A stretch of DNA of 64,000 bases from Haplodiscus bocki (taxonomy: Eukaryota), in contig OZ296648.1 of assembly GCA_965655095.1 (NCBI GenBank), positions 110,298,001 through 110,362,000 on the forward strand. The letters are read 5' to 3'. A model generated the notes under the pieces. That model ran no database searches, was not told the DNA's origin, and was given only the letters and a program-made list of their open reading frames with translations. Shown here piece after piece: positions 25,301 through 40,300 of the stretch (position 1 is its first letter; each line of letters begins with the position of its first letter). A program made the position numbers and the translations under genes.

Positions 25301-28300
25301 TTATCCCCATTCCGACGAATGAAACCCAAAACGGAAGTGTATATAACGCTGAGTTACCAAGAGAGTGCGGTGACTCGGAGGATGAACGGGAAGAACGCGA
25401 GCCGAATGATGAATCCGTCCCTACAACAATTAGCAAAGACGACAATCGAGGAAATGGCCAAGAATCGGGGTTTCAGTCGCAGCTGGTTGTTCGTATTTCC
25501 GACAAGAAAGTTCCCGTCTCAGGGTATTTGTCTATTTCGAGGAGGAATGAACATATCCGTATATTCTCCAACTCCTGAGAAACTCCGTGACAGGAATTGT
25601 TGTCAGCAAGGCCGGAAATCCGGTGGTATTCACAAAAATTGGCTAAATATTGACTTTACCAACCGTGACACATTAATTGGACAACGGGGTCCAATTGACT
25701 TCAAAAACGATGGTTCGCACTGGAAAACTGTCGAAACCACAGAATCCGTCCTTATTACGGGTGTCCAGATGTTACAGGAGACGAATACGCGGGAGCCAAA
25801 CGACAGGAACTTCTGTCTTGGCAGACAAACCAAGTTTTTCACGCTGTTGATAACGTAGGTCAAACTGCAATTGACACCAGGTGGGTTCTAACCACCAAAC
25901 CAGACGGATCTGGTAAGGATACTGGTTGCTAAGGTCTTCCAGGTTCGCGATCTTGATAAACTGGTAAAAGCTTCGCCAACCTGCTCACGAGACGAATTTC
26001 GTGTGGTTTTGGTTACTTCAAGTTCCCAAAATTGGATCCATCAGACCTTCGGGAAAACCACAGCATTCTTCCAAGGTAAACATCTGGAGCGACCTGTTTA
26101 CCTTGTCCCGCCTTGTAAAAGCAAAGTGGCTTCCAACAATATCTCATGGAAGTTGGACAAAAGCGTATATGGATTGAACGATGCGTCCAGGATGTGGTTT
26201 GAGAGGCTGTGTGATAAATGGAGGTTACTTGGCGCCATTCAGTCTAATTTCAATCCATGTATTTTCATATGGAAGAATGAAAACGGTTTACAAGTTATCT
26301 TAGCCATTCATGTCGATAATTTTTGGATTTCTGGAGAAAATTCGGGTGTACGCTCGTTAATCTGCTCATTGCGAAAGGTATTTGTCTTTGGTGAGGTTCA
26401 AGATCTTCAAGCAGATCATTTGGGAATGAACATGACAGCCGCAGCTGCGAATACTCAAATGAACCTTAGTCAGTATAATCAGACGATCTCAAAATATCAA
26501 TTTCAACTTGGTTTGAAAGCTGATGATGATTTGGATGAAACTTGCGATCAGCGTTGAGAGAGCTCGTTGGAAAACTACTATAGCCCGAAACGAATGGTGG
26601 ACCAGATCTCTCTTCTGATACCAGTAACCTCGCGGCCTGTTTCAGTAGAAAAGTACGCGACCTGAGGCGGGCAAAAAATCTCAATCGTAGATTGCTGTTT
26701 GAGAAGTATATCCCACTTAGTTTTCCAAATTTGGGTCTTTCAAAGGATTGGAACATACTGGTATTTACTGGGGCATCTTTGTCCAATGTTCGTGATATTA
26801 GAACACAAGGGGGATTTTTGATGTTTCTCGTTAATGTTAAAACGCTTCAGGCATGCCTTCTTTCATGGTGTAGCTGTAGACTAGGCAGAATTGCCAGATC
26901 TAGACTTTCTGCTGAGGCAATTGCTTGTTTTGAAGGAGCAGATACGGCGGTTTTCATCAAGACATTTCTGTATGGTATTCTGAACAGTGATATCCTATCT
27001 TCGTGAAATCCGACAACCATTCTCTCATAGATGCAGTGTATTCGACTAAGCAATTCGCCGACAAAAGGCTCAGGGTCGATATTTGCTACTTGAGATCTTT
27101 ATTCAACGACAAACTGGTTGCAGAATACAACCGAGCTTCTAAATCATTCCAGTGCCCCCAATATTCGGCTACCCGCGCTGAATACCGATGTTTCATCCGA
27201 CGTCATCAAAAAGCACCTTGTGGCGCTTAATTCGGCGCGGCAGGCATTTGTTCAAGTGGAATCATCTGAAAGGATTAAATGAGCACTGAGATGCAAATCG
27301 AGGCCAGGTAATTCAATTGTCTCTACTGGAGACAGCGTTTTCTTCTATAGGTCAAAAAAGTGCCATGGGCCTGGCAATGTCACTGGGAAAGATGGAGAAA
27401 GTATATTTGTTAGACACAGCGGAAGTCTGTACAAAGTGCACGATACTGAAGTCAGATTGGTCAGATATCCGTCCATGTCTACAGCGCCACGTGATCGAGT
27501 TATCCCCATTCCGACGAATGAAACTCAAAACGGAAGTGTATGTAACGCTGAGTTACCAGGAGAGTGCGCTGACTCGGAGGATGAACGGGAAGAACGCGAG
27601 CCGAATGATGAATCCGTCACTACAACAATTAGCAAAGACGACAATCGAGGAAATGGCCAAGAATCGGGGTTTCAGTCGCAGCTGGTTGTTCGTATTTCCG
27701 ACAAGTAAGTTCCCGTCTCAGGTTATTTGTCTATCTCGAGGAGGAATGAACATATCCGTATATTCTCCAACTCTTGAGAAAACCCGTGACAGGAATTGTT
27801 GTCAGCAAGGCCGGAAATCCGGTGGTATTCACAAAAATTGGCTAAATATTGACTTTACCAGCCGTGACACATTAATTGGACAACGGGGTCCAATTGACTT
27901 CAAAAACGATGGTTCGCACTGGAAAACTGTCGAAACCACAGAATCCGTCCTTATTACGGGTGTCCAGATGTTACAGGAGACGAATACGCGGGAGCCAAAC
28001 GACAGGAACTTCTGTCTTGGCAGACAAACCAAGTTTTTCACGCTGTTGATAACGTAGGTCAAACTGCAATTGACACCAGGTGGGTTCTAACCACCAAACC
28101 AGACGGATCTGGTAAGGACACTGGTTGCTAAGGGCTTCCAGTTTCCCGATCTTGATAAACTGGTAAAAGCTTCGACAACTTGCTCACGAGACGAAAGTCG
28201 TGTGGTTTTGGCTACTTCAAGTTCCCAAAATTGGATCCATCAGACCTTCAAGAAAACCACAGCCTTCCTCCAAGGTAAACATCTGGAGCGACCTGTTTAC

Positions 28301-31300
28301 CTTGTCGCGCCTTGTAAAAGCAAAGTGGCTTCCAAAAATATCTCATGGAAGTTGGACAAAAGCGTATATGGATTAAACGATGCGTCCAGGATGTGGTTTG
28401 AGAGGCTGTGTGATAAATGGAGGTTACTTGGCGCCATTCAGTCTGATTTCAATCCATGTATTTTCATATGGAAGAATGAAAACAGTTTACAAGTTATCTT
28501 AGCCATGCATGTTGATAATTTTTGGATTTCTGGAGAAAATTCGGGTGTACGCTCGTTAATCTGCTCATTGCGAAAGGTATTTGTCTTTGGTAAGGTTCAA
28601 GATCTTCAAGCAGATCATTTGGGAATGAACATGACAGCCGCAGCTGCGAATATTCAAATGAACCTTAGTCAGTATATTCAGACGATCTCAAAATATCAAA
28701 TTCAACTTGGTTTGAAAGCTGATGATGATTTGGATGAAACTTGCGATCAGCGTTGAGAGAGCTCGTTGGAAAACTACTATAGCCCGCTACGAATGGTGGA
28801 CCAGATCTCTGTTCTGATACCAGTAACCTCGCGGCCTGTTTCAGTAGAAAAGTACGCGACCTGAGGCGGGCAAAAAATCTCAATCGTAGATTGCTGTTTG
28901 AGAAGTATATCCCACTTAGTTTTCCAAATTTGGGTCTTTCAAAGGATTGGAACATACTGGTATTTACTGGGGCATCTTTGTCCAATGTTCGTGATATTAG
29001 AACACAAGGGGGATTTTTGATATTTCTCGTTAATGTTAAAACGCATCATGCATGCCTTCTTTCATGGTGTAACTGTAGACTAGGCAGAATTGCCAGATCT
29101 AGACTTTCTGCTGAGGCAATTGCCTGTTTTGAAGGAGCAGATACGGCGGTTTTCATCAAGACATTTCTGTATGGTATTCTGAACAGTGATATCCTACCTT
29201 CGTAAAATCCGACAACCATTCTCTCATAGATGCAGTGTATTCGACTAAGCAATTCGCCGACAAAAGGCTCAGGGTCGATATTTGCTACTTGAGATCTTTA
29301 TTCAACGACAAACTGGTTGCAGAATACAACCGAGCTTCTAAATCATCCCAGTGCCCCGAATATTCGGCTACCCGCGCTGAATACCGATGTTTCATCCGAC
29401 GTCATCAGAAAGCACCTTGTGGCGCTTAATTCGGCGCGGCAGGCATTTGTTCAAGTGGAATCATCTGAAAGGATTAAATGAGCACTGAGATACAATTCGA
29501 GGCCAGGTAATTCAAATGTCTCTACTGGAGACGGCGTTTTCTTCGATAGGTCAAAAAAGTGGCATGGGCCTGGCAATGTCACTGGGAAAGATGCAGGAAG
29601 TATATTTGTTAGACACAGCGGAAGTCTATACAAAGTGCACGATACTGAAGTCCGATTGGTCAGATATCCGTCCATGTCTACACCGCCACATGATCGAGTT
29701 ATCCCCATTCCGACGAATGAAACTCAAAACGGAAGTGTATATAACGCTGAGTTACCAAGAGAGTGCGGTGACTCGGAGGATGAACGGGAAGAACGCGAGC
29801 CGAATGATGAATCCGTCACTACAACAATTAGCAAAGACGACAATCGAGGAAATGACCAAGAATCGGGGTTGCAGTTGCAGCTGGTTGTTCGTTTTTCCAA
29901 CTAGAAATTTCCGGTCTCAGGTTATCTATCTATCCCGAGGAGGAATGAACATATCCGTATGTTCTCCACCTCTTGAGAAGAACCCGTGACAGGAATTGTT
30001 GTCAGCAAGGCCGGAAAAGCCGGTGGTATTCATAAAATTTGGATAAATATCGAGTATACCAGCCGTGACACATTAATTGGACAACGGGGTCCAATTGATT
30101 TCAAAAACGATGTTTCGCACTGGGAAACTGTCGAAAACACAGAATCCGTCCTTATTGCGGGTGTCCCAGATGTTACAGGAGACGAATACGCAGGAGCCAA
30201 ACGACAGGAACTTCTGTCTTGGCAGACAAACCAAGTTTTTCACGCTGTTGATAACGTAGGTCAAACTGCAATTGACACCAGGTGGGTTCTAACTAGCAAG
30301 CCAGACGGATCTGTCAAGGACACTGGTTGCTCAGGGCTTCCAGGATCCCGATCTTTATAAACTGGTAAAAGCCTCGCCAATTTGCTCACGGGACGCATTT
30401 CGTGTGGTTTTGGCTACTTCAAGTTCCCAAAAATGGATCCATCAGACCTTCGAGAAAACCACAGCATTCCTGCAAGGTAAACATTTGGAGCGACCTGTTT
30501 GCCTTGTCCCGCCTTCTAAAAGCAAAGTGGCTTCCAAAAATATCTTACGCAAATGGGACAAAAGCGTATATGGATTGAACGATGTGTCCAGGACGTGTTT
30601 TGAGAGGGTGTGTGATAAATGGAAGTTACTTGGCGCCCTTCAGTCTGATTTCTAACCATGTTTTTTCATATGGAAGAATGAAAACGGTTCACAAGGTATC
30701 TTAGCCACGCATGTTGATATTTTTTGGAGTTCTGGAGAAAATTCGGGTGTACGCTCGTTAATCTGCTCATTGCGAAAGGTATTTATCATTGGTAAGGTTC
30801 AAGATCTTCAAGCAGATCATTTGGGAATGAAATTGACAGCCGCGGGTGCGAATATTCAAATGAACCTTAGTCAGTATATTCAGACGATCTCGAAATATCA
30901 AATTCAACCTGGTTTGAAAGCTGATTATGATTTGGATGAAACTTGCGATCAGCGTTGAGAGAGCTCGTTGGAAAACTACTATAGCCCATTACGAATGGTG
31001 GACCAGATCTCTCTTCTGATACCAGTAACCTCGCGGCCAGTTTAAGTAGCAAAAGTACGCGACCTGAGGCGGGCAAAAAATTTCAATCGTAGATTGCAGT
31101 TTGAGAAGTATATCCCACTTAGTTTTCCAAATTTGGGTCCTTCAAAGGATTGGAATATACTGGTATTTACTGATGCATCTTTGTGCAATGTTCGTGATAT
31201 TAGAACACAAGCGGGATTTTTGATATTTCTCGTCAATGTGAAAACGCTTCAGGCATGTCTTCTTTCATGGTGTAGCTGTAGACTACGCAGAACTGCCAGA

Positions 31301-34300
31301 TCTAGACTTTCTGCTGAGGCAATTGCCTGTATTGAAGGAGCAGATACGGCGGTTTTCATCAAGACAGTTCTGTATGGTATTCTGAACAGTGATATCCTAT
31401 TTTCGTGAAATCCGACAACCATTCTTTCATAGATGCAGTGTTTTCGACTAAGCAAGTCGCCGATAAAAGGCTCAGGGTCGATATTTGCTACTTGAGATCC
31501 TTATTCAACGACAAACTGGTTGCAGAATACAAACAATCTTCTAAATCATCCCAGTGCCCCGAATATTCGGCTACCCGCGCTGAATACCGAAGTTTCATCC
31601 GACGTTATCAGAAAGCAGCTTGTGGCGCATAATTCGGCGAGGCAGGCATTTGTTCAAGTGGAATCATCTGAAAGGATTAAATGAGCACTGAGATGCAAAT
31701 CGAGGCCAGTTAGTTCAATTGTCTCTACTGGAGACAGCGTTTTCTTCTATAGGTCAAAAAAGTGGCATGGGCCTGGCAATGTCACTGGGAAAGATGGAGA
31801 AATTTTATTTGTTAGACACAGCGGAAGTCTATACAAAGTGCACGATACTGAAGTCAGATTGGTCAGATATCCGTCCATGTCAACACCGCCACGTGATCGA
31901 GTTATCCCCATTCCGACGAATGAAACTCAAAACGGAATTGTATATAACGCTGAGTTACCAAGAGAGTGCGGTGACTCGGAGGATGAACGGGAAGAACGCG
32001 AGCCGAATGATGAATCCGTCCCTACAACAATTAGCAAAGACGACAATCGAGGAAATGACCAAGAATGGGGGTTGCAGTTGCAGCTGGTTATTCGTTCTTC
32101 CGACAAGAAAGTTCCGGTCTCAGGTTATCTGTCTATCCCGAGGAGGAATGAACATATCCGTATATTCTCCACCTCTTGAGAAGAACCCGTGACAGGAATT
32201 GTTGTCAGCAAGGCCGGAAAAGCCGGTGGTATTCATAGAATTTGGCTAAATATCGAGTATATCAGCCCCGACACATTAATTGGACAACGGGGTCCAATTG
32301 ATTTCAAAAACGATGTTTCGCACTGGCAAACTGTCGAAAACACAGAATCCGTCCTTATTGCGGGTGTGCCAGATGTTACAGGAGACGATTATGCGGGAGC
32401 CAAACGACAGGAACTTCTGTCTTGGCAGACAAACCAAGTTTTTCACGATGTTGATAACGTAGGTCAAACTGCAATTGACACCAGGTGGGTTCTAACTACC
32501 AAACCAGACGGATCTGGCAAGGACACAGGTTGCTAAAGGCTTCCAGGATCCCGATCTTGATAAACTGATAAAAGCTTCGCCAAACTTGCTCAAGGGACGC
32601 ATTTCGTGCGGTTTTGGCTAATTCAAGTTCTCAAAATTGGATCCATCAGACCTTCGAGAAAACTACAGCATTCCTCCAAGGTAAACATCAGGAGCGACCT
32701 GTTTACCTTGTCCCGCCTTCTAAAAGCAAAGTGGCTTCCAAAAATAACTCATGGAAATTGGACAAAAGCGTATATGGATTAAACGATGCGTCCAGGATGT
32801 GGTTTGAGAAGGTGTGTTATCAGTGGAAGTTACTTGGCGCCGTTCAGTCTGAGTTCTATCCATGTATTTTCATATGGAAGAATGAAAACGGTTTGTAAGG
32901 TATCTTAGCCACGCATGTTGATATTTTTTGGAGTTCTGGAGAAAATTCGGGTGTATGCTCGTTAATCTGCTCATTGCGAAAGGTATTTATCATTGGTAAG
33001 GTTCAAGATCTTCAAGCAGATCATTTGGGAATGAAATTGACAGCCGCGGGTGCGAATATTCAAATGAACCTTAGTCAGTATATTCAGACGATCTCGAAAT
33101 ATCAAATTCAACCTGCTTTGAAAGCTGATTATGATTTGGATGAAACTTGCGATCAGCGTTGAGAGAGCTTGTTGGAAAACTACTATAGCCCATTACGAAT
33201 GGTGGACCAGATCTCTCTTCTGATACCAGTAACCTCGCGGCCAGTTTAAGTAGCAAAAGTACGCGACCTGAGGCGGGCAAAAAATTTCAATCGTAGATTG
33301 CAGTTTGAGGAGTATATCCCACTTAGTTTTCCAAATTTGGGTCTTTCAAAGGATTGGAATATACTGGTATTTACTGATGCATCTTTGTGCAATGTTCGTG
33401 ATATTAGAACACAAGCGGGATTTTCGATATTTCTCGTCAATGTGAAAACGCTTCAGGCATGTCCTCTTTCATGGTGTAGCTGTAGACTACGCAGAACTGC
33501 CAGATATAGACTTTCTGCTGAGGCAATTGCCTGTATTGAAGGAGCAGATACGGCGGTTTTCATCAAGACAGTTCTGTATGGTATCCTGAGCAGTGATATC
33601 CTATTTTCGTGAAATCCGACAATCATTCTCTCATAGATGCAGTGTATTCGACTAAGCAAGTCGCCGATAAAAGGCTCAGGGTCGATATTTGCTACTTGAG
33701 ATCCTTATTCAACGACAAACTGGTTGCAGAATACAAACAATCTTCTAAATCATCCCAGTGCCCCGAATATTCGGCTACCCGCGCTGAATACCGAAGTTTC
33801 ATCCGACGTTATCAGAAAGCACCTTGTGGCGCATAAATCGGCGAGGCAGGCATTTATTCAAGTGGAATCATCTGAAAGGATTAAATGAGCACTGAGATGC
33901 AAATCGAGGCCAGGTAATTCAAATGTCTCTACTGGAGACAGCGTTTTCTTCGATAGGTCAAAAAAGTGGCATGGGCCTGGCAATGTCACTGGGAAAGATG
34001 CAGGAAGTATATTTGTTAGACACAGCGGAAGTCTATACAAAGTGCACGATACTGAAGTCAGATTGGTCAGATATCCGTCCATGTCTACACCGCCACGTGA
34101 TCGAGTTATCCCCATTCCGACGAATGAAACTCAAAACAGAAGTGTATATAACGCTGAGTTACCAAGAGAGTGCGGTGACTCGGAGGATGAACGGGAAGAA
34201 CGCGAGCCGAATGATGAATCCGTCCCTACAACAATTAGCAAAGACGACAATCGAGGAAATGACCAAGAATCGGGGTTGCAGTTGCAGCTGGTTGTTCGTT

Positions 34301-37300
34301 CTTCCGACAAGAAAGTTCTTGTCTCAGGTTATCTGTCTATCCCGAGGAGGAATGAACATATCCGTATATTCTCCACCTCTTGAGAAGAACCCGTGACAGG
34401 AATTGTTGTCAGCAAGGCCGGAAAAGCCGGTGGTATTCATAGAATTTGGCTAAATACCGAGTATACCAGCCCTGACACATTATTTGGACAACGGGGTCCA
34501 ATTGATTTCAAAAACGATGTTTCGCACTGGGAAACCGTCGAAAACACAGAACCCGTCCTTATTGCCGGTGTGCCAGATGTTACAGGAGACGATTATGCGG
34601 GAGCCAAACGACAGGAACTTCTGTCTTGGCAGACAAACCAAGTTTTTCACGCTGTTGATAACGTAGGTCAAACGGCAATTGACACCAGGTGGGTTCTAAT
34701 TACCAAGCCAGACGGATCTGGCAAGGACACAGGTTGCTAAAGGCTTCCAGGATCCCGATCTTGATAAACTGGTAACAGCTTCGCCAAACTTGCTCACGGG
34801 ACGCATTTCGTGCGGTTTTGGCTACTTCAAGTTCCCAAAATTGGATCCATCAGACCTTCGAGAAAACCACAGCATTCCTCCAAGGTAAACATCTGGAGCG
34901 ACCTGTTTACCTTGTCCCGCCTTCTAAAAGCAAAGTGGCTTCAAAAAATAACTCATGGAAATTGGACAAAAGCGTATATGGATTAAACGATGCGTCCAGG
35001 ATGTGGTTTGAGAAGGTGTGTCATAAGTGGAAGTTACTTGGCGCCGTTCAGTCTGATTTCTATCCATGTATTTTCATATTGAAGAATGAAAACGGTTTAC
35101 AAGGTATCTTAGCCACGCATGTTGATATTTTTTGGAGTTCTGGAGAAAATTCGGGTGTACGCTCGTTAATCTGCTCATTGCGAAAGGTATTTATCATTGG
35201 TAAGGTTCAAGATCTTCAAGCAGATCATTTGGGAAAGAAATTGACAGCCGCGGGTGCGAATATTCAAATGGACCTTAGTCAGTATATTCAGACGATCTCG
35301 AAATATCAAATTCAACCTGGTTTGAAAGCTGATGATGATTTGGATGAAACTTGCGATCAGCGTTGAGAGAGCTCGTTGGAAAACTACTATAGCCCGCTAC
35401 GAATGGTGGACCAGATCTCTCTTCTGATACCAGTAACCTCGCGGCCAGTTTAAGTAGCAAAAGTACGCGACCTGAGGCGGGCAAATATTTCAATCGTAGA
35501 TTGCAGTTTGAGAAGTATATCCCACTTAATTTTCCAAATTTGGGTCTTTCAAAGGATTGGAAGATACTGGTATTTACTGATGCATCTTTGTCCAATGTTC
35601 GTGAAATTAGAACACAAGGGGGATTTTTGATATTTCTCGTCGATGTGAAAACGCTTCAGGCTTGTCTTCTTTCATGGTGTAGCTGTAGACTACGCAGAAT
35701 TGCCAGATCTAGACTTTCTGCTGAGGCAATTGCCTGTATTGAAGGAGCAGATACGGCGGTTTTCATCAAGACAGTTCTGTATGGTATCCTGAGCAGTGAT
35801 ATCCTATTTTCGTGAAATCCGACAATCATTCTCTCATAGATGCAGTGTATTCGACTAAGCAAGTCGCCGATAAAAGGCTCAGGGTCGATATTTGCTACTT
35901 GAGATCCTTATTCAACGACAAACTGGTTGCAGAATACAACCAAGCTTTTAAATCATCCCAGTGCCCCGAATATTCGGCTACCCGCGCTGAATACCGAAGT
36001 TTCATCCGACGTTATCAGAAAGCACCTTGTGGCGCTTAATTCGGCGAGGCAGGCATTTGTTCAAGTGGAATCATCTGAAAGGATTAAATGAGCACTGAGA
36101 TGCAAATCGAGGCCAGGTAATTCAAATGTCTCTACTGGAGACAGCGTTTTCTTCGATAGGTCAAAAAAGTGGCATGGGCCTGGCAATGTCACTGGGAAAG
36201 ATGCAGGAAGTATATTTGTTAGACACAGCGGAAGTCTATACAAAGTGCACGATACTGAAGACAGATTGGTCAGATATCCGTCCATGTCTACACCGCCACG
36301 TGATCGAGTTATCCCCATTCCGACGAATGAAACTCAAAACGGAAGTGTATGTAACGCTGAGTTACCAGGAGAGTGCGGTGACTCGGAGGATGAACGGGAA
36401 GAACGCGAGCCGAATGATGAATCCGTCTCTACAACAATTAGCAAAGACGACAATCGAGGAAATGACCAAGAATCGGGGTTGCAGTTGCAGCTGGTTGTTC
36501 GTTTTTCCGACAAGAAAGTTCCGGTCTCAGGTTATCTGTCTATCCCGAGGATGAATGAACGTATCCGTATATTCTCCACCTCTTGAGAAGAACCCGTGAC
36601 AGGAATTGTTGTCAGCAAGGCCGGAAAAGCCGGTGTTATTCATAGAATTTGGCTAAATATCGAGTATACCAGCCCTGACACATTAATTGGACAACGGGGT
36701 CCAATTGATTTCAAAAACGATGTTTCGCACTGGGAAACTGTCGAAAACACAGAATCCGTCCTTATTGCGGGTGTGCCAGATGTTACAGGAGACGATTATG
36801 CGGGAGACAAACGACAAGAACTTCTGTCTTGGCAGACAAACCAAGTTTTTCACGCTGTTGATAACGTAGGTCAAACTGCAATTGACACCAGGTAGGTTCT
36901 AACTACCAAGCCAGACGGATCTGGCAAGGACACAGGTTGCTAAAGGCTTCCAGGATCCCGATCTTAATAAACTGGTAAAAGCTTCGCCAAACTTGCTCAC
37001 GGGACGCATTTCGTGTGGTTTTGGCTACTTCAAGTTCCCAAAATTGGATCCATCAGACCTTCGAGAAAACCACAGCATTCCTCCAAGGTAAACATCTGGA
37101 GCGACCTGTTTACCTTGTCCCGCCTTCTAAAAGCAAAGTGGCTTCCAAAAGTAATTCATGGAAATTGGACAAAAGCGTATATGGATTAAACGATGCGTCC
37201 AGGATGTGGTTTGAGAAGGTTTGTCATAAGTGGAAGTTACTTGGCGCCGTTCAGTCTGATTTCTATCCTTGTATTTTCATATGGAAGAACGAAAACGGTT

Positions 37301-40300
37301 TACAAGGTATCTTAGCCACGCATGTTGATAATTTTTGCATTTCTGGAGAAAATTTGGGTGTACGCTCGGTAATCTGCTCATTGCGAAAGGTATGTATCCT
37401 TGGTAAGGTTCAAGATCTTCCAGCAGATAAACTGAGAATGAAATTGACAGCCGCAGGTACGAATCTTCAAATGAACCTTAGTCAGTATATTCAGACGATC
37501 TCAAAATATCAAATTCAACCCGGTTTGAAAGCTAATGATGATTTGGATGAAACTTGCCATCAGCGTTGAGAGAGCTCGTTGGAAAACTACTATAGCCCGC
37601 TATGAATGGTGGACCAGATCTCTCTTCTGATACCAGTAACCTCGAGGCCTGTTTCAGTAGCAAAAGTACGCCACCTGAGGCGGGCAAAAAATCTCAGTCG
37701 TAGATTGCAGTTTGAGAAGTATATCCCACTTAGTTTTCCAAATTTGGGTCTTTCAAAGGATTGGAATACACTGGTATTTACTGATGCATCTTTGTCCAAT
37801 GTTCGTGATATTAGAACACAAGGGGGATTTTTGATATTTCGCGTCAATGTGAAAACGCTTCAGGCATGTCTTCTTTCTTGGTGTAGCTCTAGACTACGCA
37901 AAATTGCCAGATCTAGACTTTCGGCTGAGGCAATTGCCTGTATTGAAGGAGCAGATACGGCGGTTTTCATCAAGAGACTTCTGCATGGTATTCTGAATAG
38001 TGGTATCCATATCTGCGTGAAATCCGACAACCAATCTCTCGTAGATGCAGTGTATTCGACTAAGCAAGTCGCCGATTAAAAGCTCAGAGTCGATTTTTGC
38101 TACTTCAGATCCTTAATCAACGACAAACTGGTTGCAGAATACACTTGGATACCTACAAAGCATCAGCTGGCCGACACAATGACAAAATCTAGAAGCCAAG
38201 CGACCGAAATTATGATTCCGGTGCTTAGAACAGGCAATTTTCCGAATACCCTGTTTCCCACGTTTAAATGGTTAGAATTTGTGTTATTTGTAACTTACTG
38301 GCCTTTTAAACATGCATAATACATTATTTTTCAACATTCCGGCGCCATATACACTTCATTACATGTATTTGTGGATTTACGGTGAGATTCTGTTGATATA
38401 TTCATTTCGTAACTTCCAGTGCAGCAACCAACAATTGATCATGTAATTAATTACTTGACTACTCATGCGCTGTTAATATATGCTTTTCAAATATGCGAGT
38501 AGGTCACTTCCACTAATAACGGACAATTTGACAACGCTTGCCGTAATATTATCAGAAAGCACCTTGTGGCGCTTAATTCGGCGAGGCAGGCTTTTGTTCA
38601 AGTGGAATCATCTGAAAGGATTAAATGAGCACTGAGATGCAAATCGAGGCCAGGTAATTCAATTGTCTCTACTGGAGACAGCGTTTTCTTCTATAGGTCA
38701 AAAAAGTGCCATGGGCCTGGCAATGTCACTGGGAAAGATGGAGAAAGTATATTTGTTAGACACAGCGGAAGTCTATACAAAGTGCACGATACTGAAGTCA
38801 GATTGGTCAGATATCCGTCCATGTCTACACCGCCACGTGATCGAGTTATCCCCATTCCGACGAATGAAACTCAAAACGGAAGTGTATATAACGCTGAGTT
38901 ACCAAGAGAGTGCGGTGACTCGGAGGATGAACGGGAAGAACGCGAGCCGAATGATGAATCCGTCCCTACAACAATTAGCAAAGACGACAATCGAGGAAAT
39001 GACCAAGAACCGGGGTTGCAGTCGCAGCTGGTTGTTCGTATTTCCGACAAGAAAGTTCCAGTCCCAGGTTTTTTGTCTATCCCAGGAACGAATGAACATA
39101 TCCGTATATTCTCCAACACTTGAGAAGAACCCGCGACAGGAATTGTTGTCAGCAAGGCCGGAAAAGCAGGTGGTATTCATAAAAATTGGCTAAATATCGA
39201 CTATATCAGCCGTGACACATTAATTGGACAACGGGGTCCAATTGATTTCAAAAACGATGTTTCGCACTGGGAAACTGTCGAAAACACAGAATCCGTCCTT
39301 ATTGCGGGTGTGCCAGATGTTACAGGAGACGATTATGCGGGAGCCAAACGACAAGAACTTCTGTCTTGGCAGACAAACCAAGTTTTTCACGCTGTTGATA
39401 ACGTAGGTCAAACGGCAATTGACACCAGGTGGGTTCTAACTACCAAGCCAGACGGATCTGGCAAGGACACTGGATGCTAAGGGCTTCCAGGAACCCGATC
39501 TTGATAAACTGGTAAAAGCTTCGCCAACTTGCTCACGGGACGCATTTCGTGTGGTTTTGGCTGCTTCAAGTTCCCAAAATTGGATCCATCAGACCTTCCA
39601 GAAAACCACAGCATTCCTCCAAGGTAAACATCTGGAGCGACCTGTTTACCTTGTCCCGCCTTCTAAAAGCAAAGTGGCTTCCAAAAGTAACTCATGGAAA
39701 TTGGACAAAAGCGTATATGGATTAAACGATGCGTCCAGGATGTGGTTTGAGAAGGTGTGTCATAAGTCGAAGTTACTTGGCGCAATTCAGTCTGACTTCT
39801 AGCCACGTATTTTCATATTGGAAGAATGAACATGGTTTACAAGTTATCTTAGCCACGCATGTCGATAATTTTTGCATTTCTGGAGAAAATTCGGGTGTAC
39901 GCTCGTTAATCTGCTCATTGCAAAAGGTATGTATCCTTGGTAAGGTTCAAGATCTTCCAGCAGATCAATTGAGAATGAAATTGACAGCCGCAGGTGCGAA
40001 TTTTCAAATGAACCTTAGTCAGTATATTCAGACGATCTCAAAATATCAAATTCAACCCGGTTTGAAAGCTGATGATGATTTGGATGAAACTTGCGATCAG
40101 CGTTGAGAGAGCTCGTTGGAAAACTACTATAGCCCGCTACGAATGGTGGACCAGATCTCTCTTCTGATACCAGTAACCTCGAGGCCTGTTTCAGTAGCAA
40201 AAGTACGCGACCTGAGGCGGGCAAAAAAACTCAGTCGTTGATTGCAGTTTGAGAAGTATATCCTACTTAGTTTTCCGAATTTGGGTCGTTCAAAGGACTG

